A stretch of 48,240 nt of DNA from Desulfobacterales bacterium (GCA_026993265.1 JALWTY010000202.1:1-48240); one strand, 5' to 3'. Shown: positions 24,193 to 34,230, counted from the stretch's first letter. A program made the numbers and translations. The notes: a model not told the origin generated them from the letters alone.

Positions 24193-25812
24193 TCATTTCC
24201 CCCGGGACATTACTTTCTTAATGTGCCGGGCGCCCTCTTCGCCTTTCTTTACGCCGGTGCCAGCGGCGGCTCCTGCGGCTTTCGTCCCAGAAAGGGGCAT
24301 CAGGTCGGCCAATCTCCCAATAATGCTAACCCCCGCCCAGCCGACCACGATGGTCCAGACGAAGGGCAGTCCCAGGAACATGGACTGGAGCATGATGTCG
24401 AAGAACAGGTCCTTCGAGGCGCTGGTGGCGATGCCCTCCGGCGAGGACAACCAGTAGAGCAGGTTGTCCAGCGCGCCGGGGAACATGGCGGAGAGCATGT
24501 TCTCGTCCACCCAGGCGGCGAGCCGCCACAGCACCGTCCAGAAATGGATGGCGAACAGCGCGATGGCGGCGCCGATCATGACGCCCAGGGAGTAGCGGGA
24601 GAACACCACCACGAAGGGCAGGAGCGCGTAGATGCTCATCAGGATGAGCGCCTGCGCCATGGGCAGCCCGGTCTTGAGGATGTTGGTCTTCGCCGTCGTT
24701 TCGAGGTGCGTGTACCCCGATCCCACGGCCCCCAGGATGTCGGCGGCGGCGTTGTAGATTCCGTCGAACACGCCATTCGCCTCGTTGACGCCGAGGTCGT
24801 CGGGGTGCCCGGAGGTCATGGCGTTCACGCGGGCGTTGTCAAGGGCCGCGCGGACCGCCCAGTCCTTGGCCTTCTCGGTGGCCGCGCCCAGCACAGGCAC
24901 GCCCGTCAACGAGGGCAGCGCGCTGGCGACGGCGATCAGGTCGCCGTTGAGGTCCAGCACGCTCGATTCGCTGAGAATCTTCTCCCGCAGCCCGATCGTC
25001 GGATCGGCCCACCACTGTTCGCACGTGGGCTGGCCCCAGGTATGTATGGCCGAGGGGTCGTAGTCGATGTCGCGGGCCGGGTCGTAGAGCCATCCCTTGA
25101 CCGGCCTGCGGGCGCGCATGTACGGGTAGTAGGTCGCGCGGTAGACGTGCGAGCCCATCCAGTCCACGTCGTCGTTGCCATAGGTCGAGAGCAGGCTGGT
25201 GATGGTCGCGGAGGAGGGTTTCTCCCGGAGGTAGCGGGAGCGGGCCTCGATGTAGCAGTCGTACCAGAACTGCGAGGCCTCGGCGCGGAGCTGGGCGTCG
25301 GAGATGGTGGCGAGCTGGGCCTGCTGCTGGATCTGGCGCAGTCCCTGCTCGGTCGGGAAGCCCGCGAGGATCGCCTGGTTGATGCCCTTGGAGAGGGTGA
25401 TGACGGCGTACCACCACACCGGGACCTGGACGGATCCGGGCGCCGAGGAGAAGGCCCCGCCGCTGCCGTAGGTGGATTGCGGGCTGGCGACGGTGGCGGC
25501 CGGCGGCGTCGGATCGACGATGGTCGGTTGCGGCTGAAAGGACATGCTGGAGGCGGCGAGCGGCAGGGCGGGTGGTCCCGAGAGCATGGCGACGAACAGC
25601 GCCAGGTAGAAGTCGAGTTCCATGGTGCGCAGGGAGATGCTCCAGGCGCTGCGGTACTCCGAGTTCGCGCGTGCCTGGCGCCAGTTGTTCACCAGCATGA
25701 CGATGAACGGGACATAGACGATGCCGGTGGTGGCGAGCACGTCCCAGATGATGCCGTAGAACTGCCACCCGAACAGGGTGGTGAAGAGTTCCAGGTAGGA
25801 ATCGACCTGCAT
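24193..25812 (-). CDS. traG: ICE conjugal transfer membrane protein with a TraG N-terminal-type domain
   Basis: 539 aa from MQVDSYLELFTTLFGWQFYGIIWDVL... (the upstream 80 codons of the ORF are Arg/Gly-rich and were rejected). It is polytopic and is the last gene of the transfer operon, as in PFGI-1/ICEclc-class elements. Confidence 0.8.
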   Translation of the reverse strand: MQVDSYLELFTTLFGWQFYGIIWDVLATTGIVYVPFIVMLVNNWRQARANSEYRSAWSISLRTMELDFYLALFVAMLSGPPALPLAASSMSFQPQPTIVDPTPPAATVASPQSTYGSGGAFSSAPGSVQVPVWWYAVITLSKGINQAILAGFPTEQGLRQIQQQAQLATISDAQLRAEASQFWYDCYIEARSRYLREKPSSATITSLLSTYGNDDVDWMGSHVYRATYYPYMRARRPVKGWLYDPARDIDYDPSAIHTWGQPTCEQWWADPTIGLREKILSESSVLDLNGDLIAVASALPSLTGVPVLGAATEKAKDWAVRAALDNARVNAMTSGHPDDLGVNEANGVFDGIYNAAADILGAVGSGYTHLETTAKTNILKTGLPMAQALILMSIYALLPFVVVFSRYSLGVMIGAAIALFAIHFWTVLWRLAAWVDENMLSAMFPGALDNLLYWLSSPEGIATSASKDLFFDIMLQSMFLGLPFVWTIVVGWAGVSIIGRLADLMPLSGTKAAGAAAGTGVKKGEEGARHIKKVMSRGK

Positions 25813-25829
25813 GGTCCCCTCCTCGCGTG

Positions 25830-26177
25830 CTAGTGCCCGGCGAGCATGCCGAGCAGGTTTTGTCCCAGTACGAGTTCGAGCGCGACGAGCGCGGTCGCCA
25901 GTCGCCAGCGGGCGGCCAGCATCTCCCGCCCTTCCTCCTCGGAGAGGTCGAACCGTTCGGTGGCCCAGGCGGCGATGGCGGGCCAGCGCCACACCACCAT
26001 GATCATGGCCGCCCACTTGAGGGCCTGGATGGTGGCGCGCGCCGAGGCCCATGCCCTGGCGACGGCGTCGAAGCCGGCGGCATGGATCAGCATGAGCGTC
26101 ATTCCCGAGACGACCCCCACGATTCCGAGCAGGAGGGTGGCGGTCACGAGCAGCAGGCGTTTCTTGCCGGGCGTCAC
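25830..26177 (-). CDS. Small ICE inner-membrane protein
   Basis: 115 aa with three or four hydrophobic segments. Its ATG overlaps the stop of the upstream gene (ATGA). Confidence 0.65.
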   Translation of the reverse strand: MTPGKKRLLLVTATLLLGIVGVVSGMTLMLIHAAGFDAVARAWASARATIQALKWAAMIMVVWRWPAIAAWATERFDLSEEEGREMLAARWRLATALVALELVLGQNLLGMLAGH

Positions 26178-27517
26178 TGGAAGCGTCCTCCCTCGCGGAG
26201 CTGGACCGGATCCTCCCGCCGGGTCGACGGCGCGGCCTGGGCCTCGCTGCGAAGCTGGTTGTGCCGGGAGAGCAACAGGCTGGCCGTGGCGGCCGAGATC
26301 TCGCGGCGGACGCGGGTCTCGTAGAGGACGTTGTCGATCTCGTGCTCGAGTTCGGCGATGCCCTTGTTCAGTCGTTCCTGGAGGGCCTCGTTGCCACGGG
26401 CGTGCGGCTCCCGCTTGGCGGTCAGCAGCATTCGGCGCAGCGCTAGGGCCTTCTCGACGGTTCGGGCGACCGCCACCTCCGCGGCCAGGCGGCCGGCGAG
26501 GATGCCACGCTCCTCGTCGGGCAGGGATTGGAGCGTCTCGATCACCCGGCGGGAGATGGCCACGCCGGGCGCGGCAACGTCCTGGAGGTTGGTGTAGTTG
26601 GGCGTCGAGGCGCCCGAGATCAGGTTGGCCAGGTTGGTGGAGACGGTGCCCTTCTCGGCCTCGATTCGGGGCGCCAGGCCGTGGCCCGCCGTGGATTGGC
26701 TGGTGCAGCCGTCGCAGGTGCGGATGATCTCGTCGCCGAGGACCTGCACGGCGAAGTCCTCGGCGGCGGCCGGGCTCGGGAAGAGCTCGACCAAGCGCGG
26801 CGCGCCCAGGCCGCTTGGCGGCGGTGTGGTCGTGGTGGGCGCGCGATTGAGTTCCATGTTATAGCCGGCGCGTGTCGAGTCACGCACCACCTCGATGGGT
26901 GGTTGGGAGACGCCGGCCTTCCTGACTCCCCCATACGTGGTGAGGCCAAGATCCCCGCCCGACGACTCCACGTTGCTCTTGGCCACGATGGCATCGCTGG
27001 TGGCGCTTTGTTGTGCCTTCCAATTCTCTCCCTTCGCGAGGGCGACCCATTCCGCGTAGGGATCCTTGCCGGCCAGGATATCCCTTTCATAGTCCTCGCA
27101 GCTCTTGAGCGCGAAGTTGAAGGCCTTCGTGAAGTCGGCGGTGTAGGTCTGGAACAGCTCGTAGAGGTCCGGCCGTGCGCGCTGGAAGATATAGAGGGGA
27201 AGCGCGGCGATGGCGCCGGTGGCCGCGCTGTACAAGGTGTTCTGAAGGCTCGTCGCGACGTTGCTGAACAGATTGGAGACGGAGGCGGTGATGTTGAAGC
27301 GCCCGCAGCTGTACTTGAGCCCGAGCGTGCCGGTGGCCCCGAGGGTGATGGTGGAGGCGCCCGGGTTCGGGGCAGCGGAAATGGGCGATGCCCCGCCGAT
27401 CTCGTAATACCACGACTGCGTCGACGTGGGTGGCCGGACGGCGTGCGCCGCGCAGGCGACTGACACGAGGGCCGCGAGGGCGGTGGTTTTGAGACCAAGG
27501 TGCTTGCAGGTGTTCAT
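26174..27517 (-). CDS. ICE transfer protein, secreted (PFL_4711-like family, assigned from memory)
   Basis: 447 aa from MNTCKHLGLKTTALAALVSVACAAHA (signal peptide). It holds the conserved position between the TraU-like and TraG genes. Confidence 0.7.
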   Translation of the reverse strand: MNTCKHLGLKTTALAALVSVACAAHAVRPPTSTQSWYYEIGGASPISAAPNPGASTITLGATGTLGLKYSCGRFNITASVSNLFSNVATSLQNTLYSAATGAIAALPLYIFQRARPDLYELFQTYTADFTKAFNFALKSCEDYERDILAGKDPYAEWVALAKGENWKAQQSATSDAIVAKSNVESSGGDLGLTTYGGVRKAGVSQPPIEVVRDSTRAGYNMELNRAPTTTTPPPSGLGAPRLVELFPSPAAAEDFAVQVLGDEIIRTCDGCTSQSTAGHGLAPRIEAEKGTVSTNLANLISGASTPNYTNLQDVAAPGVAISRRVIETLQSLPDEERGILAGRLAAEVAVARTVEKALALRRMLLTAKREPHARGNEALQERLNKGIAELEHEIDNVLYETRVRREISAATASLLLSRHNQLRSEAQAAPSTRREDPVQLREGGRFQ

Positions 27518-27531
27518 GACAGATCTCCTTG

Positions 27532-28563
27532 TCATGGGACCGATCCGATGAACCATCCTCGGCGCCGGCAGCAGCGATAGGGGCGCCAGAGGTTGTAGAC
27601 GTAGTCGCCGCCTGGATCACGTCTGCCATCGCCCAGGGATCCCAGGGTGCCGTCGGCCCATCCGACGAGCGAGAGGCTGTCGTTCTCGCCAAAGACGTAG
27701 CAGGACGTGTCCGTCCGGGGCTCCAGCATCTGCCACATCCCGGTGCCGGCGTCGTTCTCCCGGAGTGGTGGTGGGTTGTCCCAGCGGAACCCGGCGCCGC
27801 TCCGGCTCGCGGTGATCGGGACGTAGACGTGTGGTTGCCCGGTGCGGGTGATGATGTCTCCCACGCGCTGGGCGAGCACCGCCGAGGCCTTTGGCTCGTT
27901 CGTCTGGGTCGTGCGGCCGGTGCGGGGGTGTACCGTCCCCCACGTGTTGATTGGCCAGCTCCCGATCTCCCGCATGCCCGGGATCCAGGTGGCCGGATAG
28001 AAGAGTTCCGTGGGGAGAATGGCCCGCCAGGCGAGGGCATCGAGGCTGGAGTTGAAGTATGGAAACATGGGCCAGGTTCGGGGTGGGCAGACGACGCCGG
28101 CGAGGAAGGAAAGCGCGCCCAGGAAGCCCGTGGCGCCAAGGGGGTGCCCCAGGGCGTCCGCCTCCCGGTAGACCTGGTAGCGCCGGGTGTCTCGCCCGGT
28201 CGGACCGATGTAGCCTCCGCTACCCGCCGGTCCACCGAGCAGGGCGGTGAGGACGCCGGAGGAGGTGGCCAGGAGCGGGGAAGCCTCGACCCATGGATGC
28301 ACCGTGAGGTTGTTGCGGACCGTGACGACCACTTCCGGCACGTAGTTCCGGATCCTGGGGCTGACCCGCACGCTGCATCCACTGAACAGGGAACAGCGCA
28401 GCCAGAAACAGACGCCATCGATGCGCCAACGGAGACACGCCGGCAAGGCGGCGGTGGTGTCCGCAATGATCTGTAGCGTGTTGGTCGAGGCCGCGTGCGC
28501 GCCCCCGGACGCCAGGAGCATGCCCAGGGCCAGGACCCGCAAGTGTCGGAGCGCCTGGATCAA
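27532..28563 (-). CDS. TraU-like ICE transfer protein (PFL_4710-like)
   Basis: 343 aa with a signal peptide (MIQALRHLRVLALGMLLASGGAHA). The Cys-rich N-terminus CLRWRIDGVCFWLRCSLFSGC is typical of TraU-type proteins. Confidence 0.75.
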   Translation of the reverse strand: MIQALRHLRVLALGMLLASGGAHAASTNTLQIIADTTAALPACLRWRIDGVCFWLRCSLFSGCSVRVSPRIRNYVPEVVVTVRNNLTVHPWVEASPLLATSSGVLTALLGGPAGSGGYIGPTGRDTRRYQVYREADALGHPLGATGFLGALSFLAGVVCPPRTWPMFPYFNSSLDALAWRAILPTELFYPATWIPGMREIGSWPINTWGTVHPRTGRTTQTNEPKASAVLAQRVGDIITRTGQPHVYVPITASRSGAGFRWDNPPPLRENDAGTGMWQMLEPRTDTSCYVFGENDSLSLVGWADGTLGSLGDGRRDPGGDYVYNLWRPYRCCRRRGWFIGSVP

Positions 28564-29045
28564 TTCGCTCCTCCCCGGGCGTCTTGCAGGCGGATGGCGG
28601 CGGATACGTCGCGCATGCCGTAGACCACGGTGGGCTGGTGGCCGGGCACGTGGAAAACGATGGCCGGATAGCGGTCCAGGCCGTCCTCGTAGAGGGCGTG
28701 CGCGAGTCCCTCCGCGGCTTCCATCATCAGCGGCGCGATCCGCGGCTTCAGGTGCAGGAACCTCTCGCCGGCGATGCGCGCCGCCTGGGCCTGGTCTGCC
28801 GGCAGGTCCCTCGACAGGGTTTCCTGGGCCTGGACCAGGCCATCCAGCCGCCAGACCTGGATGTCCACGCCATCGAGGTTCGGGATGCCGACCGCGGGGA
28901 GGTCGGAAGTGGTGAACACCTCGATGGTCGTTCCCCGTTCCAGCGCCCGCGTTTCGGTCGGGTATAGGATCGAGAGCGCGGAGACGGCGGCCACGACCGC
29001 CGCGGCCATGGCGCCGAGGCCTTCCAGGGCGTGGCGGGGCATCAT
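28560..29045 (-). CDS. ICE transfer protein (PFL_4709-like), secreted
   Basis: 161 aa from MMPRHALEGLGAMAAAVVAAVSALS. It has 4-nt overlaps with both neighbours. Confidence 0.65.
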   Translation of the reverse strand: MMPRHALEGLGAMAAAVVAAVSALSILYPTETRALERGTTIEVFTTSDLPAVGIPNLDGVDIQVWRLDGLVQAQETLSRDLPADQAQAARIAGERFLHLKPRIAPLMMEAAEGLAHALYEDGLDRYPAIVFHVPGHQPTVVYGMRDVSAAIRLQDARGGAN

Positions 29046-29752
29046 GACGCGCGCCTCCTCAGCCGGAACCATCCGCGGCGGCCGCGTTCCTCCCGGATCC
29101 ACCCAATGGTGCGTCGGGCGCCTTCCGCGTCGAGGATTTCCTCGATGCCCTCGGCGGGGTCCACGTACCGGATCCTGGGCTCGAAAAGGTCCAGCTTCCA
29201 GCCTGGCGTGTCCTCCCGCCCGATCGGCCGGTTGATCGGTTCCACCAGGATGGCGGGGTCGGCCTCGCGCGCCAGTTCCTGGAGGCGGAGGTAGAGCCTG
29301 CGCAGCTCGTGATCGAAGCGATGGTCCGTGAGGTGCACCCCGTGAAGCATCGTCCGCCCATCGTGGGAGAAAAGGAATCTGGCGATGCAGGTCCGATGGT
29401 TGCCATCGGCGCCCACGTACCAGTCCGTGCCGTCCATGGAGAGGTAGTACATGGAGGGCCGCTTGGCGACGGTATCGGCGTAGTAATCCGGATTGACGCG
29501 CAACAGCTCGAGGTTTTCATCCATGCGTTTGCCGCCCTCGAGGAACCAGCGCCAGCTGCGGCCCTGGTAGTCGGGGTGCTGGGTTCCGACCACGCGGAAG
29601 ACGTTGATCGATCCCTGGTCGGTCCAATAGACGTGGGTGCGGAACGGCTCGAGCCGGGCATACAGGGCATCGTCCCAGGGGCGGATGATCTGGTCCGCCC
29701 AGTGGGGCGGTCGCCGGCGCGCTTGTTCGCGCAACGGAAAATCGTGCGTCAT
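29042..29752 (-). CDS. ParB/Srx-fold-like protein (DGNHR motif) in the variable slot of the transfer operon
   Basis: 236 aa (MTHDFPLREQ...), formed by the last 236 codons of the 976-aa track ORF. The ATG overlaps the ATPase stop (ATGA). WYVGADGNHRTCIARFL resembles the DGxHR motif of ParB N-terminal/sulfiredoxin-like domains. Confidence 0.6.
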   Translation of the reverse strand: MTHDFPLREQARRRPPHWADQIIRPWDDALYARLEPFRTHVYWTDQGSINVFRVVGTQHPDYQGRSWRWFLEGGKRMDENLELLRVNPDYYADTVAKRPSMYYLSMDGTDWYVGADGNHRTCIARFLFSHDGRTMLHGVHLTDHRFDHELRRLYLRLQELAREADPAILVEPINRPIGREDTPGWKLDLFEPRIRYVDPAEGIEEILDAEGARRTIGWIREERGRRGWFRLRRRAS

Positions 29753-32418
29753 GAGTGTTCCCTCCTCCGTTTCTCGATCTGTTCTGCGATCATCATGGCC
29801 GCCTCGACCTCGGTGCAGTCGTGCTCCTTCATGAGCGCGGCGCGGGCGGCCTTCTCGTGTTGCTCGGTCTGGGCCAGCGCCAGCGCGAGCGATGGCGGGA
29901 CGTTGCGAAAGAGCGCCGCCATGGTGTCGGTGAGAACCACGCCCTCGGTGTACTTGCCGGGCTCCTTGCGGGCCGAGAGGAGCAGTTGGCGTTGTTCCTC
30001 GGTCAGTTGCCGGAAGCGCGCGATCTGGTCGACCTCCTCCTTGGGCATGACCAGACACAGCCACCACTCCAGCATGTTGAGCATGCGACGGCTCGCGTCG
30101 GGGAAGTCCTCGAGGTTCTGGGTGGCGATCCAGTACCAGGCGCCGTACTTGCGCCACATCTTGGTGATCTTCACGACGTAGGGGGCCAGCAGCGGGTTCG
30201 TCGTGATGATGTGGCCCTCGTCCGTGATGACGATGGTGGGCCGGCGTTCGTGCTGCCGGGCCTCGACCACGCCGTTGATGTGGTTCATGAGGGCGGTGTA
30301 GGCGACGGTGAGCTGGTCCTCGTAGCCCTCTCGCTGCAGGATGCCCATCTCCAGATGCGTGACGTCCACGTCCGGCCAGCGCACGCCTGGCCGGTTGAAA
30401 AAGTGCCCGGCAAGCCCGGAGCAGAAGAGGCTCATGGCGTCCGCCATGTCGACGGCGCGTTGGCGGCGCCGCTCGTCCAGCTCGGGGTCGGAGGCGATGG
30501 CGCGCAGCGCCCGCGCGACGTCCTCGCTGATCACCTGGTCGCCCCCTGCCTCCCGCACCCTTTCCGCGGCCTCCAGGATCGCGCGGCGTATGATCATGCG
30601 GTCGGCCCGGCTCATGCGGGCGTCCTCTCGTTCGTCTCCGCCCGTGATCATGATGCGGGCGGCCAGCTCCATTTCTCCAAGGAGGTCGCGTGTCTCGCCG
30701 GTGGGGTCCTCGCCGTCGTTTTCCAGCTCGTCCTCCAGGCCGGCGGTTTCCGTTTCCTTGCGATCGAGCAGGCTGAGGGCGCCCGCGAAGGGGGGCAGGC
30801 TGACGTCGGAGGTCGGCGTCATGGCCACCTTGTGCACGGAGAGACCCTGCGATGCGAGGTAATCGCACAGCAGGCCGAACGAATTGCCGGCCTCGATGAT
30901 GAATATCCGCGGCCGCCACATGGCGAGCACCTGGAGGATGAGGCAGGAGAGGGTCACCGACTTGCCCGCGCCCGTCGGGCCTATGATCAGCATGTGACCG
31001 TTCTTGGCGCGGTCGAGCTTGTTGAGCGGGTCGAACACCAGGGGCTCGCCGCCGCGGTTCCAGAAGACGAACCCCGGATGGCCGGTTCCCCGGCTGCGGC
31101 CATAGAGTGGCAGCATGGCGGCCGCGTGGGAGGCGAACAGCATGCGCGAGCGCCGGTTGGCCTTGTCGAGCGCGGGGTCGTGGTTCATGGGGAGGTTGCG
31201 GATCCAGGCATCGAGGGGCAGTGGGTCGGATTCGCGCTCGACCGTCTGGATGCCGGCGTGGAGAAGCTGACTCGACAGCTCGTTCCGTCGCTTGCGCAGT
31301 TCCTGCTCGTCCCTGGCCTGGATGTAGAAGGCCAGCACGGAGGGTATGAGGCGGTCGCCCTGGGCCATGGCGATTTCCACCGCCTCGGCGTTTTCGCGGG
31401 CGAGCACGGATTCGGCGGCGTCGCCCACCGAGGCGCGCTTGATGGAGGCGACGTGCTGACGCAGGATGTCCTGTGGCTTGCAGACGAGGGTCAGCACCAT
31501 GGTGGTGCCGGGAGGAAGGCGGTCGAACAGGCTGTAGACCTGTTCTCCCGCGCGCCGTTCGGCCGTGAACACGCCGATCTCCGGCGCGCGCCGGAGCGCC
31601 TGCATGGGCACGATCGAGTGGGGAAGCCCGTCGAAACGCCAGACGCCGGCCTCCGGGTCGGACTCCGGCATGGAGAGCACGAGCATCTCCGAGAAGTCCC
31701 GGCCGAATGGCAGGTTCTCGTCGCCTGGATAGGGTGGCAATCTCGCGGGATCGCCGCCGCCGGACGCGGGGGCGGGGTTGAACCAGCGGATCAGCCAATC
31801 GTGGACGTGGCGGCCGTCGGCGATGGTCACGCGAACCCCGATGGATTCCAGGGACGCCTGGATGCGGGCGGCCTGGTCGCAGAGTTGCTCTAGGGTGGTC
31901 TCGAGGGGCTGGGTCTCCTTCTTGAACCTTCGGTAGAGCACCATCCGCACCCGGCGCATGCGCCCGCCCCACCAGGTGCCTGACACCACGTGGTCATCGA
32001 ATATCCCGCCGGGGCTGGCCACGTGGCGGACATGGTCGCTCATGACCTCCAGCCAGCGATTCGTCAGTTCCGTGCCGGCGGCGCCCTCCGCCGGGTAGGC
32101 GTGGAGGGTTTCCACGAAGGCCTCCAGGCTGGTTTCGTCCTGCACGTAGAACTGGACGACCCAGGGCGCGGGATCCAGTTCCGCCACCGCGCCGAGCGCG
32201 CCCAACAGGCCCTCGTGCAGCGTCGCCAGGAAGGCGGGTGGCCTGCCCTCGCAGCCGAGCGGCTGGAGTTCCATGACCATCCCGACGGAACGTCCGTCCT
32301 CGAGGAGGAAGGCCCGGTGTTCCGGCAGGTACTCCATCCATGGGAGCAGATCGGTGAAGGAGGGCGGTCGCTTGTAGAGCGCGGCCTCCTCCTGCCTGGT
32401 GACGCGCCTGACCTTCAT
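29749..32418 (-). CDS. Conjugative transfer ATPase, VirB4/TraC-like (PFL_4706 class)
   Basis: 889 aa with Walker A IIGPTGAGKSVTLS and a Walker B-like RPRIFIIEAGNSF...TIVITDEGH. The size and position are typical of the family. Confidence 0.9.
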   Translation of the reverse strand: MKVRRVTRQEEAALYKRPPSFTDLLPWMEYLPEHRAFLLEDGRSVGMVMELQPLGCEGRPPAFLATLHEGLLGALGAVAELDPAPWVVQFYVQDETSLEAFVETLHAYPAEGAAGTELTNRWLEVMSDHVRHVASPGGIFDDHVVSGTWWGGRMRRVRMVLYRRFKKETQPLETTLEQLCDQAARIQASLESIGVRVTIADGRHVHDWLIRWFNPAPASGGGDPARLPPYPGDENLPFGRDFSEMLVLSMPESDPEAGVWRFDGLPHSIVPMQALRRAPEIGVFTAERRAGEQVYSLFDRLPPGTTMVLTLVCKPQDILRQHVASIKRASVGDAAESVLARENAEAVEIAMAQGDRLIPSVLAFYIQARDEQELRKRRNELSSQLLHAGIQTVERESDPLPLDAWIRNLPMNHDPALDKANRRSRMLFASHAAAMLPLYGRSRGTGHPGFVFWNRGGEPLVFDPLNKLDRAKNGHMLIIGPTGAGKSVTLSCLILQVLAMWRPRIFIIEAGNSFGLLCDYLASQGLSVHKVAMTPTSDVSLPPFAGALSLLDRKETETAGLEDELENDGEDPTGETRDLLGEMELAARIMITGGDEREDARMSRADRMIIRRAILEAAERVREAGGDQVISEDVARALRAIASDPELDERRRQRAVDMADAMSLFCSGLAGHFFNRPGVRWPDVDVTHLEMGILQREGYEDQLTVAYTALMNHINGVVEARQHERRPTIVITDEGHIITTNPLLAPYVVKITKMWRKYGAWYWIATQNLEDFPDASRRMLNMLEWWLCLVMPKEEVDQIARFRQLTEEQRQLLLSARKEPGKYTEGVVLTDTMAALFRNVPPSLALALAQTEQHEKAARAALMKEHDCTEVEAAMMIAEQIEKRRREHS

Positions 32419-32807
32419 GGGGCGGTGGTCTCCCCGGGCAGCGCGAAGTGATCGCGCTCGTACATGCGGAACGCGGTCGCGTACCCTGGAACCGGCGCGC
32501 CGTCCTCCGCGAGGTGCGGGTAGACGTAAAGCACGAGCATCGGGTTGGGCAGCAACGGAAAGCGGTTCTCGATTTCATTCGCCGCCTCGCGCGACCAGCG
32601 GGTGTCGGGCGCGGGGTCGACCCGTCGCGGCGGGGCCGGAGTCGTCCCCGACGCGCTCCCGCCCGCCTGTTCCAGATGACTGCGATAGATCTCCAGCATG
32701 TCCGGGCCGTCCTGCGGAATGATGTCCTCCTGGGTGGAGGCGCAGCCGGACAGGGTCGCCGCCAGGATCAGCGCGGCGATTCGTGGCTTGTCAGTCCAAG
32801 GGGGCAT
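32415..32807 (-). CDS. Conjugal transfer lipoprotein
   Basis: 130 aa from MPPWTDKPRIAALILAATLSGCAS (lipobox LSGC). It has a 4-nt overlap with the ATPase gene. Confidence 0.7.
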   Translation of the reverse strand: MPPWTDKPRIAALILAATLSGCASTQEDIIPQDGPDMLEIYRSHLEQAGGSASGTTPAPPRRVDPAPDTRWSREAANEIENRFPLLPNPMLVLYVYPHLAEDGAPVPGYATAFRMYERDHFALPGETTAP

Positions 32808-34230
32808 GTCGGGTCTCTCCTGTGTTCCGGGCGAGCCGGTGGTCGACCATGCGGCCGGCCGGGTCGCGGTCGATGGGCAGGTTGACGTCGATGTGGACGG
32901 TGATGGGCGCGCCTGGCCGGACATAGATGGCGTCGAACGACTGCGCCTGCCGTTCGGTCAGCCACTTGTTGATCTCGCCGACGCCCTTGGAGGCGGCCTG
33001 GCCGAGAACGTATTGGGCCTGGTCCCCGGTCACCGCGGAGGCGGTGCCGCCTCCCGCCGGTGAGTAGATCGTGGTGGTCTGGGAGGCGGCGGCCGCCGCC
33101 GCGGCCGCTTCCATGGTCCCGAGCCCCACGCGCTGTGCCAGGTACTGGGGCGCGTTCGTAACCCGCTTGCCGACGACGCACGGGGTTCCGAAGCGGTCCG
33201 AGATCCAGCCGAGTTCCGTCTGGTTCTTCCGGTTCTGGCTGCCTTGACCGGGCTTTCCGGGCTCGACGGTCCGGGCGCCGAAGGTCACCACCCGGCCGTC
33301 CTCGAAGATGAACGTGGCCGACGTGATGCGTCCGGAGGCGCACGAGAGCGTCCAGTCGCCGACCGCGTACCCCGCGACCACCATGCCGGCGAGGCCAGGG
33401 ATCTCGTGGCCGTTGGCGGCCAGGTTGTCGGCGCCGATGAGTGCCTTGAACGGGACCGGATCCTGGACCTGACCGCTGATGGGGATGCGTCCGACCAATG
33501 CCGTGAAGGCCGTCGCGCCGGCGAGCGTGGAGTTGGCGGGGATGGTATAGACCGGTTCGGGCTCGGCGAGGGTCCGCTCGCCGAGGGAGGTCGCGCGCGC
33601 CTGCGCGAGCGCGGCCAGGCGGTCCTTGGGGCTCTTGCCGTCATCCGGCAACAGCCGGTCGAGGCCGGGCACGCGATCGTCCTTCGGGGCTGGTGGCATG
33701 GAGGTCTCGCCGGCGTCGAGCGACTCGATCCAGTGAATGGGCGCTTCCTCGCCACCAAACCCCACGGGCAGGTCGTCGGCGCCAGGGGCGGGGGAGGGGC
33801 CGCCCCCCTGGAGCGCGCTGGGAAGCCCCTGGACGCGGGCGCTCAGTTGGTCGACCTTGGCGGCCAGGTCCGCCACCAGGCTGTCCGCGTCCTGGTTGTT
33901 GCGGGCGAGCGCCTGCTGGACCTGGGAACGGATGCGTTCGTCGATGCGGGTCTGCCTGTCCAGCAGGGCCGTCGCCTGTTCGCGCAGCATCCGGTTCTCC
34001 TCGGTCAACTTCTCGGTGGAGTCGAGCAGGTCGGCCACCTGGGCCGACAGGGTGCGCACCGTGTCGGCGGGCGTGTCGACGTCCGGCGCGGGCGCCTCGG
34101 GCAGCTGGGTCATCGGCGCGGGTGGCGGTGGAGGCTCGCTTTTCTTGCAGGCGCGCAGGCCCACGGCGCCCGCCACGACAAGCATGACGACGCCGACGAT
34201 CGGGATGATCCGGTTCATCGGCGCGTTCAT
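32791..34230 (-). CDS. ICE transfer protein, bitopic with a coiled coil (TIGR03752-like, from memory)
   Basis: 479 aa with an N-terminal TM segment (IIPIVGVVMLVVAGAVGL), a Pro-rich linker, a coiled coil and a beta-rich C-terminus. Confidence 0.7.
   Translation of the reverse strand: MNAPMNRIIPIVGVVMLVVAGAVGLRACKKSEPPPPPAPMTQLPEAPAPDVDTPADTVRTLSAQVADLLDSTEKLTEENRMLREQATALLDRQTRIDERIRSQVQQALARNNQDADSLVADLAAKVDQLSARVQGLPSALQGGGPSPAPGADDLPVGFGGEEAPIHWIESLDAGETSMPPAPKDDRVPGLDRLLPDDGKSPKDRLAALAQARATSLGERTLAEPEPVYTIPANSTLAGATAFTALVGRIPISGQVQDPVPFKALIGADNLAANGHEIPGLAGMVVAGYAVGDWTLSCASGRITSATFIFEDGRVVTFGARTVEPGKPGQGSQNRKNQTELGWISDRFGTPCVVGKRVTNAPQYLAQRVGLGTMEAAAAAAAASQTTTIYSPAGGGTASAVTGDQAQYVLGQAASKGVGEINKWLTERQAQSFDAIYVRPGAPITVHIDVNLPIDRDPAGRMVDHRLARNTGETRHAPLD

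Noticed and set aside
24154-25833. 559-aa plus-strand ORF
   Set aside because: It is antisense to the TraG-type gene. The product is Gly/Arg/Asp/His-rich low-complexity sequence typical of the wrong strand in GC-rich DNA, and it has no RBS context.
29755-31893. 712-aa plus-strand ORF
   Set aside because: It is antisense to the VirB4-like ATPase gene, which has clear Walker motifs. The composition is non-protein-like (G/A/R/V/H-rich).
29753-31972. N-terminal 740 codons of the 976-aa minus-strand ORF (29042..31972)
   Set aside because: This is an alternative frame of the ATPase gene, with an Arg/Pro/Gly-rich product. Only the last 236 codons (from the ATG at 29752, with an ATGA overlap to the ATPase stop) look like a real protein.
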